Assembly: GCA_910592345.1 (NCBI GenBank)
Contig: CAJVPI010000018.1
Span: forward strand, 1 to 64,000
Length of the DNA: 64,000 nucleotides
Source of the DNA: Paraglomus brasilianum
Taxonomy: Eukaryota
Reading direction: 5' to 3'
Both the position numbers and the translations under genes were made by a program. Shown here in pieces: positions 24,982 to 40,400 of this stretch (position 1 is its first letter; each line of letters opens with the position of its first letter). Under the pieces are notes generated by a model. That model was given only the letters and a program-made list of their open reading frames with translations, made no database searches and was not told the origin of the DNA.

Positions 24982-26539
24982 TTTGTATGATATTTACTCG
25001 GCTTTTTTATAAATACAAATGTCTTTCTCTAATAATATTTCTATATGTTCTGCAATATATATTCCAAACGCGATAATAAAAGCAGAAAAGGTTAATTCTC
25101 ATGATAGACAGCAAAGAGAGCGAAGCAAGCAATGCTTTATCACTTTTGACGAGGAGATGACGTTTACCGTTTGGGTGGGATCCCGGCGTAACCAATGACC
25201 TTATTGTTTCTTATGATAAAAAGAGTGTATTCGTAATACACTATCTTGTATTTAATGTTGCGTAAAAAGAAGATAAAAGTACGTAGGAAAGTAGGAAAGT
25301 TTTATTTTTTTTGTCTTTTTTTTATATACTCAGGAACCTAGAATGTTTATTTTTTTTATTTTCAAGTTGAAAGAGCCCGCAAGTGCAGGGTTAATAAACT
25401 AGGGTGGTTCAAAAGTAGGAGAATGGCACTGCGTAGTTATATAAAAATCTGCCACAATAAGGGGAAAAGTTTGCGGCTACGTAACGATCGATAAGCAAGT
25501 TCCCTATTGTCAACTGCTCTGTATCACAAGTAAAAAAAAACCCACATATTAGCTTGTGATTTGCTCGACGTCAAATTCCCAGTCAATTATTCCTGCGCGG
25601 TCCCCTGAATGTAAAGCCCATGATAGGCTATCAAGAGAGAAGGGGGAGAGGAAGGAAGGAGGGGGAGGGAAAGGCAAGCAAAGTAGTTGATGAGTATGTT
25701 TGGAGAATTTCTCGGTTGAGGGTCTTGGACAGATGTAGACAGATATAGTAAGTAACATCATACCGTTTATCCTATATTCCCTCTTCATGAGAATGTAGAG
25801 ATTCTTTACAGTCACATATCTGCCATCTCATCTTGTCACGAACATAATCTCGCAAAAAAAGATTTTAATAGAAAGAATTAGAGAGCATAGCCTCAGTTAT
25901 AACCCATGTGGGGTCACAGAGGCTAATCGCACGGGCAAACATGATAATAGTTATTATTATTTGCAATGGGTAATATAAATTTGTGTCACTTTTGGCACTC
26001 TCGCCACAAAAACTGACATTGTTTCAGAGTTTACTTACGTAAAAAGAACAATAGTGTCTATTGACCCTCGCAGATATCACCAACCCCATAAATGGATACC
26101 CTGTGGTCAATCAAAAAGTCAAAAATTTATCCTAAAGTTGGTAAGTTATTCATGTTATTCCGACTAGCGCACAGGTTTGTTTGGTCAGCGTTCTCGGAGA
26201 TTGGGGAAAAAAAAAATGCAAAAAAAGTTATCGTTACGTTACACCCCCATCGTCTTTGGCCAAATTCTCGTGACACCGTATTACTTCACCTCTTCTAAAA
26301 TCTCGCAAATACCCACACATCCAGCCTGACCCGTATCAGGTTTTTCAATACACCATATCTAGTCACGCGTATATAAACAAATTACTTGGAACGAGTTATA
26401 AGAGAATGGCAATGTTACGCAGGAGACTGTAGAAACCACATAAATACTCCTAAGAATACGTGCGAGAAATTTACAATGCACAAATTCAATGCTGTAAATT
26501 TGTATTTTTCCTTCTTTTCGAATAATTAATATAATAGTC

Positions 26540-28193
26540 ATGATTTATTCGCATCATCCAGCATTGACGGATAATCTAGCAGAAATAGTTGAATATTTCG
26601 GTACAATAACTGCAGATCCGCAGAATTCCTCTGCTACTGTTGTGGTAAACGATCCGACTGGGCTAGAAATACCACAAGTCAACATAAAGCAAATTAAGAA
26701 TACGAGCGACGAATCTGTTTGGGTAACTAGCAGTAAAAGTTAATACATGCTTTGGTAATTGGAGCGGTAATTAGGAACAGACATGTACCAATTACAGCCC
26801 ATACAACAGAGTAGCATTCCACAAGCTGCGCAGCTTAACGTCACTGAAGTTGCTAATTCTTTTTTCCTCTCCTATCAGGGTGTTCTTACCGACTATAAAC
26901 TAGGATGCGACTCGTCGCCAGCAAATATAACCAGCAAATTGAAATCAAAGTATGTTGCGCTAATACAACGCGGTGGTGGTTGCAACTTTGCTGATAAAAT
27001 ACAGAATGCAATTCAAGCGGGTTTCTCGGGTGCTATAATTTACGACAATAATAATGGCACCAATTCGGATATCAATTCACCTAATTCTAAAGTTAATATT
27101 CTTGCTTACTATGGTGAGTTGGGGCAGGTGGAGTTGGGCCAGCGAACCCTCAAGAAGGAATTGTCAGAACCATTTATTGATTGTCTTGTTAATATTTTCA
27201 AGTTGATAACTTGACGGGAACGGAGTTATTGAGCGATTTGAATAACACAACTGCAGTAACTGTAGTGTCCGTACAAATGGGACTAAATAATTCATTCTCA
27301 ACCCCATCAACGGCTCAGAAGGACCACGTGTCAGTTTTATTTTTCGTGCTGGTAAGCATGCCTTTGTAAGTTGCAGAGGTTCTAACTTTTATAATTACTT
27401 ACTTGTAAACCATTGTTATGCCACAATTAATAATTCTACGTTTTCATCATTCAAAGTTTTTGTTTGCTATTGTAGCGATGTACTTGTGTTTCCGCTTGCG
27501 AAGGAATGGAGAGCGTCGTAGGAACCCTCACGGAGTAATACCACTCCCGTTGGTCCAAATCTTGTCTAATCCTAATAATATAAATAGGCTTGACGCAGAT
27601 ACTTTAGCCAAAATGAAGACGTGTCCGTTTAACGAAAAATCATTGGCCGATGAGTCCTTGCAGCAATATCAAACGTGCGCTATTTGTATCGAAGACTTTG
27701 ACGAGAAAGACATGATACGAGAATTGCCTTGTGGCCATATATATCATGTTCAGTGCATTGGTACGTTTGGACAAATTGTGAATATGATGATCGGTGATAT
27801 AATGCAAAACTCTGATATATTCGTTATTGATCTTCGTCTGCAGATCCATGGCTATTACAGACATCAACCGTCTGTCCAACATGCAAGCACGATTGTTCGG
27901 AGAGTACCGCAGAACCTGCTACCATTTCAGTTAATGATTGTTTGACATCTGATCAAAACTCGATAGTTACCAACACACAAAATGATGATCCAATAAATGA
28001 TAGTAATGCGACCGCATCTAATCTTGCTTCATTAACTCCACCACCGGCAGCACACGTGAGATCAAGTAGCAGTATTAACAACGATGAAAGACCAACTTCT
28101 TCCCGGACTAGCGAGAGTGGAAGTAATAACAGCTACACACTTCCCCGAAGAAATCATAGAATAAAGGATGTCACCACATTCTGGCGATTATGA
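26540..28193 (+). CDS. PA-domain, transmembrane RING-H2 E3 ubiquitin ligase (RNF13/RNF167-like), multi-exon; 5' end uncertain
   Basis: PA motif VALIQRGGGCNFADKIQNAIQAGFSGAIIYDN; TM FFVL|FLFAIVAMYLCF; RING-H2 CAICIEDF..LPCGHIYHVQCI|DPWLLQTSTVCPTCK across intron 27761-27843; TGA 28193. Confidence 0.88.
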
Positions 28194-30097
28194 AGAGGCA
28201 ATAGAGCAGATTATTCCATTCCGATGTCTTGTATGGATTAAATCTCAAGTTGGAATCATTGAATACGAATGGGATGATTGTGGAGAATACCATACAAGCG
28301 TGGAAAATCAATAATCTTACTGTACTATATACTATTATCTAATAATAGAAACATTACATATGAAAATTTGTTGTTGTATTTTTATTTGAAAAATAATAAT
28401 GGAATAGTGTAATTTTTTGTATTAATAATTGAGAATTATAATAAAACTTAACATTGGGAGGTTTTGTTTTTTACGAAAGCCGGAAAATTTGATATGCAAA
28501 GAATGGTAGAAATCATTGATTGGAATAGTAACAACAAATAGTAACGGCAACTTTTATCTTCTTTTAAATCTTGCGCCGCATAGACCAAGCGGTTGGGGGA
28601 AATCCTTGACCATCCAGTTCTTATTTTTACTGATTGCATCCTCGCTTCAACCCATTGCTGCTGACAATGCCTCTTTACTCTAACCTTAAATGTATATGCC
28701 CTTCGTTAAGCAGCTCTAGAGGTCACACTTGGCTGTACAAATGCGCTTCGTTTGATAATCATTCTCGATACTTTGTCACCGACACCACACCAAATCAGGG
28801 ATATTACAGTAATGATAAAGTATTTATTTGACAAGTTGAAAAATATTCGCAGAATATTGAACAACTGAATAGCCAATGCGCACTGGATTATTCATCAAAT
28901 TACCACAATCACAACTGTACCGCATTAACAACAATTATCAAAGTACTAATAATTATAATTAAAATACAAAAAGAGGAGAAATCTTTAATGTTCTTTTCTT
29001 TTTTTTTCTTTTTTTTCTTTTTGATACAAATAACAAACTATAGAAACCGTAGAGTGGATGTTGGAGGAGGGTGTTAATCGAAAACGGTATAGTAAAATAA
29101 TTCCTTAAGAAAAGTAAAGAAGGATGATAAAAAGGATTGTGGATAAATCTATATAGATTGTGCGTAGAAGGAAAAAACCTCGTATAATAGGGTGGAGAAG
29201 AGGATATGAGATGTCGGAAAGTAATTAAAGTTTAAATAGAAATAAAGTTAAGCAAGGGCACAAAAGTATTTGAATATAATTTGCACATCCCACTATACAG
29301 TTCCAATGAATGTAGAAATAATAATAAAGAATAAATATTACTAATACAAAGGAATAAAAGTGTTCGACACTTGAGTATAAAGAAAACTAGTATTCTAATA
29401 TATATTCGCCTTATAATATAACCCCAATGGTATTCAATACCAACTGTCGCCTAAGCAATAGTTAATACGACAGAATATGTCTAATCTAATAATACTAAAA
29501 CAACTGTAATCGATGGTAAGTAAACTATTAATGTCCTTTTGTCTAAATGAAAACTATACACAGCCAAACAATCGAATGTTGGTGATAATCACGAGAAATA
29601 ATACACGTTTTGAAGCTCATTTTGTGGATTTTAAACCCCCATCAAAACAACCGATTAAAAAAGAAGAAGCCAAATATTAAGATAACCAATTCCATGAAAA
29701 AAAAAAAAAGTCCCTTTTCTTTTTCCTTCTAATGAAATCACTAGGGTGACGAGTGTTCAAACTCGTCCGAGTTATTTACAAATAAATTTTGTTCGCCGAG
29801 CTTGCGGAAAACCAAAATGTTCTCTTGCAGAAATAAGCATACATATCTGTTCGAGACAAGTAAACGATCCAATTTAACACGTGTGTCGTCTGCCGAATTG
29901 TATTAGGTGTGGGGGCTGCTGGTGGTGGCTATCCCCAAATAATGATTCCAAAATGTTCATACTCTGGCCCCGACTGAATAAATTCCCAATAAACCTCCAG
30001 GTTGCCATCATGTGATAATATGCCGATAATAACAATAGAAAAACCCGATTTGTTGGCCCACGCGCAGTAATCCAAAATACAGAGAATGTCTTGAAAC

Positions 30098-32788
30098 TTA
30101 GGTTCTGCTCGAGTTACGCGATGAGCGAGGACGTGCTAGAACCCCTGATGCCGTCGCAGCAGTGTTTGTACTATTGTTCTGATTAAAGTTTTGGTTATTA
30201 TCTGCGTTCGAAGCTGAAGTTTGTGGTTTCGGAGTCGACATCAATGGAAGGCGCTTGCGTGGCAGTTCAACAACTATAAAGCCAAAAGACAAAAGTTTTG
30301 TTAATCATTGTTGAAATCTTGTGACGCAGTGAATAACGAGTATGATGACCTAATCACTAATATACACGTACCAATTTTCTTTCGTCTCAAGTTATCATGG
30401 CATGCTCGTTCGCAATACCATGCTTGAGTCCCATTAACAATATCATCACTGATGCAATTTGGATAACACGATTGATGGTATGCATGAGGGCATCCTTCGC
30501 AACGAACGAGGACGTTACCGAAATACGATTCTTGCTTGTGACAAACAGTACAGTCTATAAAAAATTCCACGATATGTAAGTTATTTGTGTTCGTCAACAA
30601 ACAATGACAAGTGCTACAACAACAATCACTTACAAAGCTGTAAGACTGGACGGTCCCTATCCTCGACAGTTTCATTCATGAACGCAGTCAAGTCGAGACG
30701 AGGCAACTTGCAAGCAAACCCATATCCTTTATAATCACAACCGTGTTTACTGTAGTGCAAAAAAAATAAAATATCGTTTAATAAAAGCTTGATTTTTTTC
30801 CCACCACTGTTTTTCGCCCACCATCTTTCAAACTTACTTGCACAAAGTCCTCTTTCCCCATGGACCCGGTCTCCAATTAACACCCTCGGTGGTCCCACAG
30901 TAACGACACCAATCGATCCCACTTTGAGTCAACTGTTGGAAAATCGTTGGAGTCTGCGTCGGACGAGGGTCAGCGAGTGGAACGCCTTCCCATTCATCAA
31001 TGGGATTAGTTGGAGTAAGAGTTTCGCTTGGTGCAGGACTTACAATCATTGGCGTCGGTGTGGTAGGTTTGCTCGATTTCTTTGGACTTGTAGGCTTTCC
31101 AGATTGACGACTCTTTACAGTTCCTCCAGTATTTCCCTTTGTGGTTTTGCCTTTACTTGGCTTTTTCTTTCCAAGCGTTCCACGACCTCTTTGTGACAAG
31201 GAACCGATCTTGCGGCTGTTGAATGTTTTACGACCACCGTTGTTGCTATTTGGTCGATATTCGGAATCGCTGCTATCTTCCGAGGCGGTCTCGGACGTAC
31301 TATCATCTATTTCGTCCTTTCTTCGCTTGGAAACAGATGCGGTTTCATCATTGTCTTCTTCGCGAACACGTTTGTGGTCTTGCGCAGTCATACCGTTTGT
31401 TGGTCTTGCGCAACGTCGTTTGCTCTCGGAATTGACGGAATCTGTTGAATTCTCGTCGTCCGATAGATCCAAAGAGCGACGCTTTCGACCAAACTCGCTT
31501 ACAAGGTCGGGTGTTGTCAACGGGGTTACAGGAGTCTCAAGGTCAGTTCTGATTGTCAATTTATCTAGGCGAATGGTTTTCACCAGCTGTCTTTCAGCAC
31601 CAGTGGCATCGGATAAATCTTCGGTGGCAGACAAACCAGCCGATACAGCGCACAAGGCTTCTTGATGATCCAAGACAGACTGTTGGTCGCTGTTCGCCTC
31701 TTTTGGACTTGAGGGAAGCGTAGGGGCAGGGGATGGGGCAGAGACGGGGCACTGGATGTATCGGATAGACTTTTTCGACTTTTTTGTGATGGGTTTTTTC
31801 TGCTCGCACTCTTCTGAGAGACCAAGACTGAATAATTCCTCTGGTTCACCAAGAAAATCTGTAGGTGTTGGTGGTGGCGAGCCATATTCAGGAGTCATTA
31901 GTTCTGATTCCGATGACGCATCGCTCTCGAAGCCTGCGTTTGCTTTTGCATCGTCTTCCTCGGGTGCTCCTAACCAGATATCAACCAAGACATCGGGAGA
32001 TGTTTCCGACTCTTGATTGTAAGTGATTACAGGTACTTGCTCCGAAGTGTAGAGTATAGTATCAGAGACTGTGACATCGGATATTGTAGAAGTCTGGTTT
32101 GTCGATGACATTTGTAAAAGCCTGATTGGAACGTTTGGCGGGGAGGGACGAGTATGTTGTCCATATGCTGAATGAAGATTAGCCAGGGTAAGATCGTATC
32201 GCGGACTTTGCGAGATTTGCTGTGGGGATGGATGGAGGGGTTGCTGTGTAGACAGCTGGGGAAGGTAATATGCATATGGCAGGTATCCAAGTCCTGAAAC
32301 TGGAGAACAAGGGGGAGGGGAGGGGGGGGGTTGTCTGTTAGTTGATTGAATTACGTTTAAACTAGCAGATTATTTTTGTGGGAGAGAGGAGGCCATCGAT
32401 CAGAGTATTTGGGTGAGGAGGATCAATCAGATAGACGAGTTAACTTGGGAATTGGGATCAATGTTGACCAATCAATTAATTATTTCGATTGATAATTCTA
32501 GTGCTCGAAATTTGTAATGATAGGTTTTGACATTCGTCTATCTGCTCCTCGGGGGATCTCTCGATATAATATTTATATATCTGGCCAAGTTCATATAATA
32601 AAAAGTTCCCATATTCAGCAACACATACCACCATAACCGCAAGGCTGGGATGGCACCATTGGAGTCTCAAATTGAGCTTTCGACATCACATTCATTGGCA
32701 TTATGTGCCGCGGGGCCGTTGTATTGGTGTTTATTATATTAGGTCTAGGGGATGTATTATTTCGGTCAACGTATCGCAGAACGTTCAT
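30098..32788 (-). CDS. GATA-type zinc finger + PHD finger nuclear protein, multi-exon
   Basis: WCRYCGTTEGVNWRPGPWGKRTLCN (GATA-like finger); CTVCHKQESYFGNVLVRCEGCPHAYHQSC...WYC (PHD). The large exon's frame stays open to the acceptor at ~32295 and splices in phase to an upstream exon at ~32628-32788. Start uncertain. Confidence 0.8.
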
Positions 32789-33145
32789 TATCGTATTTCT
32801 ATATGTGGGTGTACACACGTTTTCAATAGACTTAGAGAAATCTGTATTTAGGAAAGGAATGAATGGATAGGAAAGAAAAAAAAAAGAATGAAATGCAAAA
32901 GGTAAATGTAATTGATAGATATGAGAGAGAGTGAGAGAGGGGGGGTGTGAAGGAAGGAGTGATTGTAGGGAAAATTTTCAATGGGGTTGGGGCGTGGATA
33001 AGATAAAATAGGCTGGACTTGTATGTACTGCGGTTAAATATACAAGTCTCTCCAACGTAATTGGATGCGATTTGCCAAACCAATTGTGTAGACACATTGT
33101 TCTGAGAAATTCTCTCCAGACGAGTGTAGAGTAGAGAGTGTGTAT

Positions 33146-33200
33146 TGTATTGTATTGCGTGTTGTGTGTTGTGTGTTGTGTGTTTTGTGTGTGTTGTATA
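33146..33200. repeat. TG-rich simple repeat (GTTGTGT)n
   Basis: Directly visible tandem TTGTA/GTTGTGT units. Confidence 0.7.
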
Positions 33201-34340
33201 TGTGTGAGAGATAAGCTCCTGACTAGCTGATACATTTGTTGTACTTACCCTATACTTTTAGGCTGAACGATGAACGATGAACGAAGAGTAGTATAGTCGA
33301 ATGATTTGAATTAAAATTTTTTTAGTGATTTGTGAAAGTAGTAAAAGTAGTAATAAGGTGGTGTGTAAGTAAGGTAAAGAATATTGATGTTTTCCGATTT
33401 ATAAAAAATGATATGATTTAATAATTACTGATTATCATATACTGTATAAATGTTCTATAATATATATATTAGTTTTTTGTCTATGAAAGTTTGTTTGCTT
33501 GAGAAAGGAGATATAATAGCGTGACTGATAATTGGGAGTCCGACTCGAGTCAGAAGCGGAAGAAGGTAACATTCATTTTGGTTGTTATTTATAAGCTTTG
33601 ATTGATGATAAATATAGAGTTGATAACAAAGATGCGAAACTAATTAAATATACACGTTGTATTATAAATCATCATCATATATAGAACATAAGATATATTT
33701 ATGTATCGTGTGATTGTGTATTGGATTGGCACTCAATATATTATGTAATTATAAATTAGCATTATTATAATTTATACACCGTATTGTATATTTATACTTT
33801 AAAATGTAATGTCCGATGTACAGAATTAGTTCGGGTACTGTGAAATAAAAGGTCCGTCTCGCGCGATGTGTACAGCCAGATTGTGCTCTAATTGGTGTGT
33901 TTCAGACGAGTTTATTGTATACACCACATTTCACTTGGCCCATAGTAACAGGTTATAGCATGTATATTGGATAGAGCTTGGCTGGAATTTGAACAAGGGA
34001 TTATGTATAAGGGGATTTTGTGTGTGGAATCTCTTGTTCGAGTCAGATATGATTGTTTATTATAATAATATCTACTGTATCGTATATTGTTTGCGTATGT
34101 ACATATATGTATAACTGTTTCACATATAAATAATCATTCAAAATACACTAATACTAATCCCCACCCCAAATTTAGTCTCATCTTCAAACTATACACAATA
34201 ATTGCCAAATCCTCAATGAATATACGCATTCTTCTTCCATACTGCCATATATATCCTACCCTATTACATCTCGTGAGCCACTCCCAATTTAAGTAGACAA
34301 ATACATGCAAATAGATAGGAAAAGAGAATAAAAAGATACA

Positions 34341-34437
34341 CATACCAGCATACCAACGTACCAGCGTACCAGCGTACCAGCATACCAGCATCCATCATAC
34401 CAACATCCCCATCATACAATCATACCACCATACCAGT
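34341..34437. repeat. Imperfect 8-bp tandem repeat (CATACCAG/CGTACCAG)n
   Basis: About six consecutive units followed by degenerate copies. Confidence 0.8.
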
Positions 34438-37400
34438 AGGTATGTGGTGGGTATGTTGGAAATCATTGCTTCCACAGTCAAAGCCTTGGTATATAACAAA
34501 TGTGGAAATACGGAAAATGTGGATTATTTGTGTTCATATAATTCATCATTGCGGAAAAAAGTTATTTGTATGATAATTGATTATCTTAATATATTGTTTC
34601 ATTTAAAAATTCGTTGGATTCTGTGTAATCAGCGGCTTTTTCGGCCAATCCGGGCATAAGAATGCATCTTGTTACAGAATTAGTCTCCATTGTAGAATTA
34701 TTATAGAATACTACTAAAGTATCTGTTAACCAAAGAAAATAAAAAAGGAATACGCTAGAATGGCTTTAATATTTCAGTATTTGTGGGCGGCGTATGAAAA
34801 AGTGAGTATATGCGTGTATGTGTATGCGTATGTATAGCATTTATGGTTACCGATACAAACGGTATTGAATGGTCTATTATCAAGCAATTGATCAAATCAA
34901 TTAATCAATCAATCAATCAATATCAATCGGTATCAATCAAATCCCCTTCCTCTCCCCCCTCAAAGACTGTATCATGTTATGCAGCAAACTTTAACTGACG
35001 CATAACCACAGATATTAATTAGTCAATCAAAATTACCAACAAGGCTCTTTTTCCCTCTTTCCAACACACTTAATCCGTCAAACAGCATGTTTGCACAAAA
35101 AACCGACAATGGAGTACAGTCTACAAAGCCTTGTCTCATCCACATAATGATCTCTTTACCAACATATCAACAAAGAAGAAATAACGGTTAGCTAGGAAAA
35201 AAAAAAGGTTGGTGCGTTATGCGAGTATATGCATAGAGTGTAGCAAGAATGTTGAAAGGAGAATGGATACTTACAAAATTACGTAGCATAGAATATGTGT
35301 ACGTAGATTACGATTTACTGTATTACTCATCATGTAATCCCAATGTTGATAAGTTGTACATTCGTATTCTCTGCTAACGTTGGTGTGTTATTACTAAACT
35401 TGGTGCAAGCTTAGATTGTTGTTTGGTTGACTGATGCTCTAATTGGAGCACAAGCATTGGTCCCATGTATCTACATTGCCTCCCCCTCTTTCATTCGTGT
35501 TCTGATCAAACACATCTTACGCATTTAATATTATATGCAAACAATTGCACAAATAACAATAAAAGTAATTAAAAACGGTCTCTCAAAAAAGCTCATGAAA
35601 ATCAATAGAATGTAATACAACGAACACTGGTATGTGTTTTTTATACAATGCATCATAATTCTCGTACATGTTTACTAATAGATTCTCTATACTAATTATA
35701 TCCATGTAGTTGACAGTATGTAACGCAGATCGAGAATTCTGTCTGAACTGAACTCTTCCGTTGCGCACTTAATAATTTACTGCTATCAAAAAATAACAAA
35801 TTGATAACAACAAATTATTAATAAGAACTATTGTGATGTACGAATGGTTATGATGTACGGACAAGACCGTCTTTACTGTAATAGACATGTAACAACTGTT
35901 CTACTAATGAAGAATTGATAAATGTATTGCTCTCTATTGCCTCTAATGTTGTGCACTAACATGCATTGTCCCTAATGGACAGCAAAACTCCCATACTTGC
36001 ATAAGATCCATACCCTTCCCCTTCCCTCCCCCCTTCACATTCGAATGCGGAGAATTGTTTTCTATTTGGTGTTTGATAGAAGATGAGATGATACATCGCA
36101 ATGTTACAAACAGTAATCAATTGGCTGCCATAAGTGTGGGGGAGGGGAATTGTGGATGGACATGTGTATTGATAAGAGCAGTGCATAAATGTTATTCTTA
36201 GTGGTGAGGGAAAATTCACAAATTCCTGTTGCTTCAACAGGTGTATATGAAATTGATGAGTTATATTTGATAGGCAATTGTGTTTGGTGATTAGCGCGCG
36301 TTATCCTATCATACATAAAACAAATATCGTGAGGTTATCTGCGGAGATCACACCATTGGATTACACACGATTAAAGTTCAAAAAATCCTTCATTGTAGAG
36401 ATTAACATATGTGATATTTATTCATAATCCCACACTCGATACCCAATAAGACACAGTGTCAATCTTTTCAATACTAATCTCTGTTGTCCTACTTGCATTG
36501 GTTACATATCAATGCTACTTGGTTAACCCCTCGATCTTCGCTACCATTAGCGTGCTAGTTGGTCTGTACGGATACAACCCTTACGAAACGATTAGGGAGT
36601 GGGGGGGAGGGGGAAGAGGAGAGTAGGGAGAGCAGGGAGGGGTAGAGGAGAAAGCGCAAGAGTTTACTGAGGATCGAATTATAGAGGAGGACGAGGTGGG
36701 GGGACGAGGTGGGTTTACATAAAAGCAAAAGTACAAGCAAAATTGTACCAGCAATATTTAACGTTGGGTGACACATCTGTACACAATATAAGAATAATCC
36801 AATGGACATGCTCTACGGAGAAACTAACGTCTCAATTTCTTTTTTCGACCATAGGCTTGTTTACTTAAATGTTTGATAAACCATTACGAGTATAATCATA
36901 CATGACTGAACCATATATGTTATTTCTCGACCTTGATTATCGTACACCAATAAAATAAGTGCACATCTTATCTTCCATGAATAAAATAAAAAAGGTAACG
37001 ATGTGCAATGTTATATATTTGTGCACCAACATATCGCATTCTTTATTTGTTGTAGCATGATAGATAATGCTTGTCGATAAATTGATTTAATGATTAAACG
37101 ATTAAACGGAAAATAACGCATTTTCATCCAAACCAATAAGCCTTTATGCATGTGGACTTGTATATTAAATTTTATGGTTTCTGTGAATAAAGTTGTAATA
37201 TTAATATTTTCTCCACTTTCTCCCGCTCTCCCCGCTGTCACTCGGAGTTTTCCTCTCCCCGCGTGTAGATTTTTACCATTTTCCATTCAATCCAATAAAA
37301 TTCCGTAACGTCCAAATTGCGTCCGAACTATCACACAATAGTTTAACGTTGGCGAAAAAGTATGCACATCGCAAATCGACATCAAGTTGCATTGACACAG

Positions 37401-40400
37401 TATTCCATGAGGTGTGTCAAATATGAGTCGCACTGCTATAAAAAGAACAAATAAACACACAAGTAGCGATGATGTATTACCAATTTCCTAAAGCAAGTTG
37501 GGTTTGTTTTGAAGTCAAAATTGAAAAGTATTTTTGTAAGACCACAGCTTTTAAATTTACCGTAACCATGGGTCACGCGAAAGATATTAAGTAAAAGGCT
37601 TGGCTAGAGTTTCAAATCTCTAGCCTCGATTCATCGTCCAACGTGTTTACGATTTCTTATGAATACACGAGAAAAACAAACAAAACGGGATATAAATAAT
37701 TCAGATGATTCAGTATGCTTATTAAGCAGTCACATGCAGTTTCAAATTTGGCGATCGTCCGAAAAATCTAGGCTGCTTTATTTCCTTACCAATTGTACAT
37801 GTCTCGTTATGAACATCATTTGAATGAAACGCAGGCCCACAAAACGTTAAGTATAGCACTCGGTTTTTGACGTCGTAAAGGACCCTGCGTGATTGTGATG
37901 GGAACCCAGAATACATGATTTACCATTTTAAGTAATGGATTGAAGTGGGATTAAAAGATAACAGTAATAAGCGCGAGCATGAACATGAAGAACATGAAGA
38001 ACATGTGCAAGACATTTGAATCAGCAACACTCCTTTCTATATGTTTAATTGACTAGAACAATGCATTTGATTAGCCATAAGTAAAAGCATTCACTAATAC
38101 TGTCTGACAAATCATTGTCTGATTACTAAGCATATTATTTGCTTCCAAGAGGGAAAACAAGCGTTTCGTGTGTTGGTGATGGTTTTGGTTTTTGTTTTTG
38201 TCTCTTTGTTCCTTCCGTCTTTCGAGTCAATTCATACTTTGAAATTATGTATGCATTGCGGTTAGAGCACATTCGATTCGATTAATGGGAAATTTTTATT
38301 ACGATCTGCAGTGTACCAGTCATAATGCCATGTGGGCATGAAATAATACACAAAATTACTGTTACTAGCATTACGACCATATTTAACAGGTTGTGTATTA
38401 CATAGAAATGTAATACAATGATTAACATAAGCCATTCTCCTCGGTACTTTACTTTGTTTGGATTAGTGTCTAATAACAAAAACTCTAATACATTGCACCC
38501 AGCAGGGGATATTTTTGTGCTCGCATCACAATGCCTATCACTTGCACAAAAAAGCAGATAGCATATCAGTATGGACTACATTGCCCATAACGCATTCAAA
38601 CTTGGGAATCTCGACTAAAAATAGATTATTGTATGGTGTTAATCATTACTAGATTGGCTTCTTATAAGAATTCAAAAAAAAAAAAAAAACTTTTCGCTTA
38701 TTAAATCCAACCCCTTATAATCTGGGGGTACTTGTTTGAAACACTTGACTTTTGCCCAATCGAAATTAGCATAACAACAATGGGCAATATTATTTCCTTT
38801 GACGTGAAATTCTCATTTCAATTGGTCATCATAATTTACCGGGTGCGCACCAACAAATAATCCGCCAATCAATACATCTTCAGCCATTTTACCAGGAAAA
38901 CCCGAGCGCTGATGAAAAAGAGTTCGCAATCTGGTTGAGGCGACAGCGAAGACTGTAGGTGTCTGCTATCTATCGGATATGTTACTCAGCCCGGGATTCA
39001 GCCAACGTATGGGCCCAACTGTTCGACAAAATTCTCTCTCCCTTTTCATTTCGTCAGTCTAAAACTTCAAACTAAATCGATTATCATCCATGGAAAATGT
39101 ATAATCTATTTTATCTGAATAATTTACGTAGAACAAACAAACGCGCCTATAGTGACAAACATGGTTGTTTATTATTATCTGATATACTTCACGTGAGAAA
39201 TAAACAAATATCATTGGATATATATTTACCGGCTTTTTCCGAATTCATTTATCACGTGACCAATTACACTCGCTTTCATCAGGTGGGAAAGGGGGAGAAG
39301 TAAAACGAACTTATCAGTGTCTAGTGCATTGCATATCTGCAATCTACATATTTATCTGCTTGTCCTTCTTCCGATCAGGATAAAACTGGGAACACAATTG
39401 TTTGTTTTGATTCATGCAGAAACATTGAAGGAGACAAAGGGACAAGAGAAGCATGAGAGTGCCATGAGGCAGAAACGACAGCGTAAATGATGGGCTTTTT
39501 TTTTTAGATAAGCCACACTACAATAATTCCCCCAACTAACCTGTTTCCGCATTAATCAGAGACAAGCCTCATACAAACAAAACCTCATTCTCTCGAGATT
39601 TTTTTTTTTTTTTTTTTTTTTGCCGTCTATTACTATTTCTCTTTTCTTTTTTTTTGGCCCTTTTTTTTTTTATTTATTTCTCGCCAAAGCCCACACCCAT
39701 CGATTATCAACAACCACTCACATCTTAGGGCATTGCGCATACTTTTTAATACCATTCTTCTTATCTTCGCATTCACCCCCTGAATTCTTTGTCATTTCGT
39801 TCTCTTGTCCATTGTTTTATTTCCTGCAAGCAGGAACATTTGATTACAGCCTCAACCCAACCCGACAACATTAATATACAGAATGTGTTTATCTTTGTTT
39901 GGTTGTTTATTCTGCTAAAAGAAAGAAAAAGTTTCAGAGAATGAGGGGATGAGGCCTTCCTTCTCTCACCTTCACGTGCAGAGATGGATTGATTGCGGAT
40001 TGCCGATTATTGGAGTGCGTCATCAGACATATCAAACAAGAAAATCTTTTGGCGTTAGAATACCGGTTATCGCAAGCACTATATCATTCTATTTATAGAT
40101 ATACATGGTTTACTTCGAAACACTCTCCTTGGAACTAAATAAGTGGGATGAACGATGGTTAGCCTTATTTGGACGTTACAATGAATAATTGGGATGCTTT
40201 GAATATGCATACATAGTAGTAAATGCGTGTGTGTTATGTGTCTCGCATATATGCGTTGCTTAAGCGAGAAGGAATCGATTCCAAATCGACATGTGTGAGG
40301 CAACAAACAGGGATATATAACGGACAATAAGACTATCCACTGTTACAGGTTGCTTAATCAGTGCTCATATGGAAGCCTTAATAATCCCATTATTAGTTCT

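Noticed and set aside
31115..32016. Antisense and alternate-frame ORFs over the GATA-PHD exon (likewise over kinesin, KGD2 and CCT4)
   Set aside because: Shadow ORFs of real coding exons.
37602..37625. 8-bp hairpin GGCTAGAG/CTCTAGCC with a T-loop-like TTCAAAT
   Set aside because: Isolated stem; no cloverleaf can be built.
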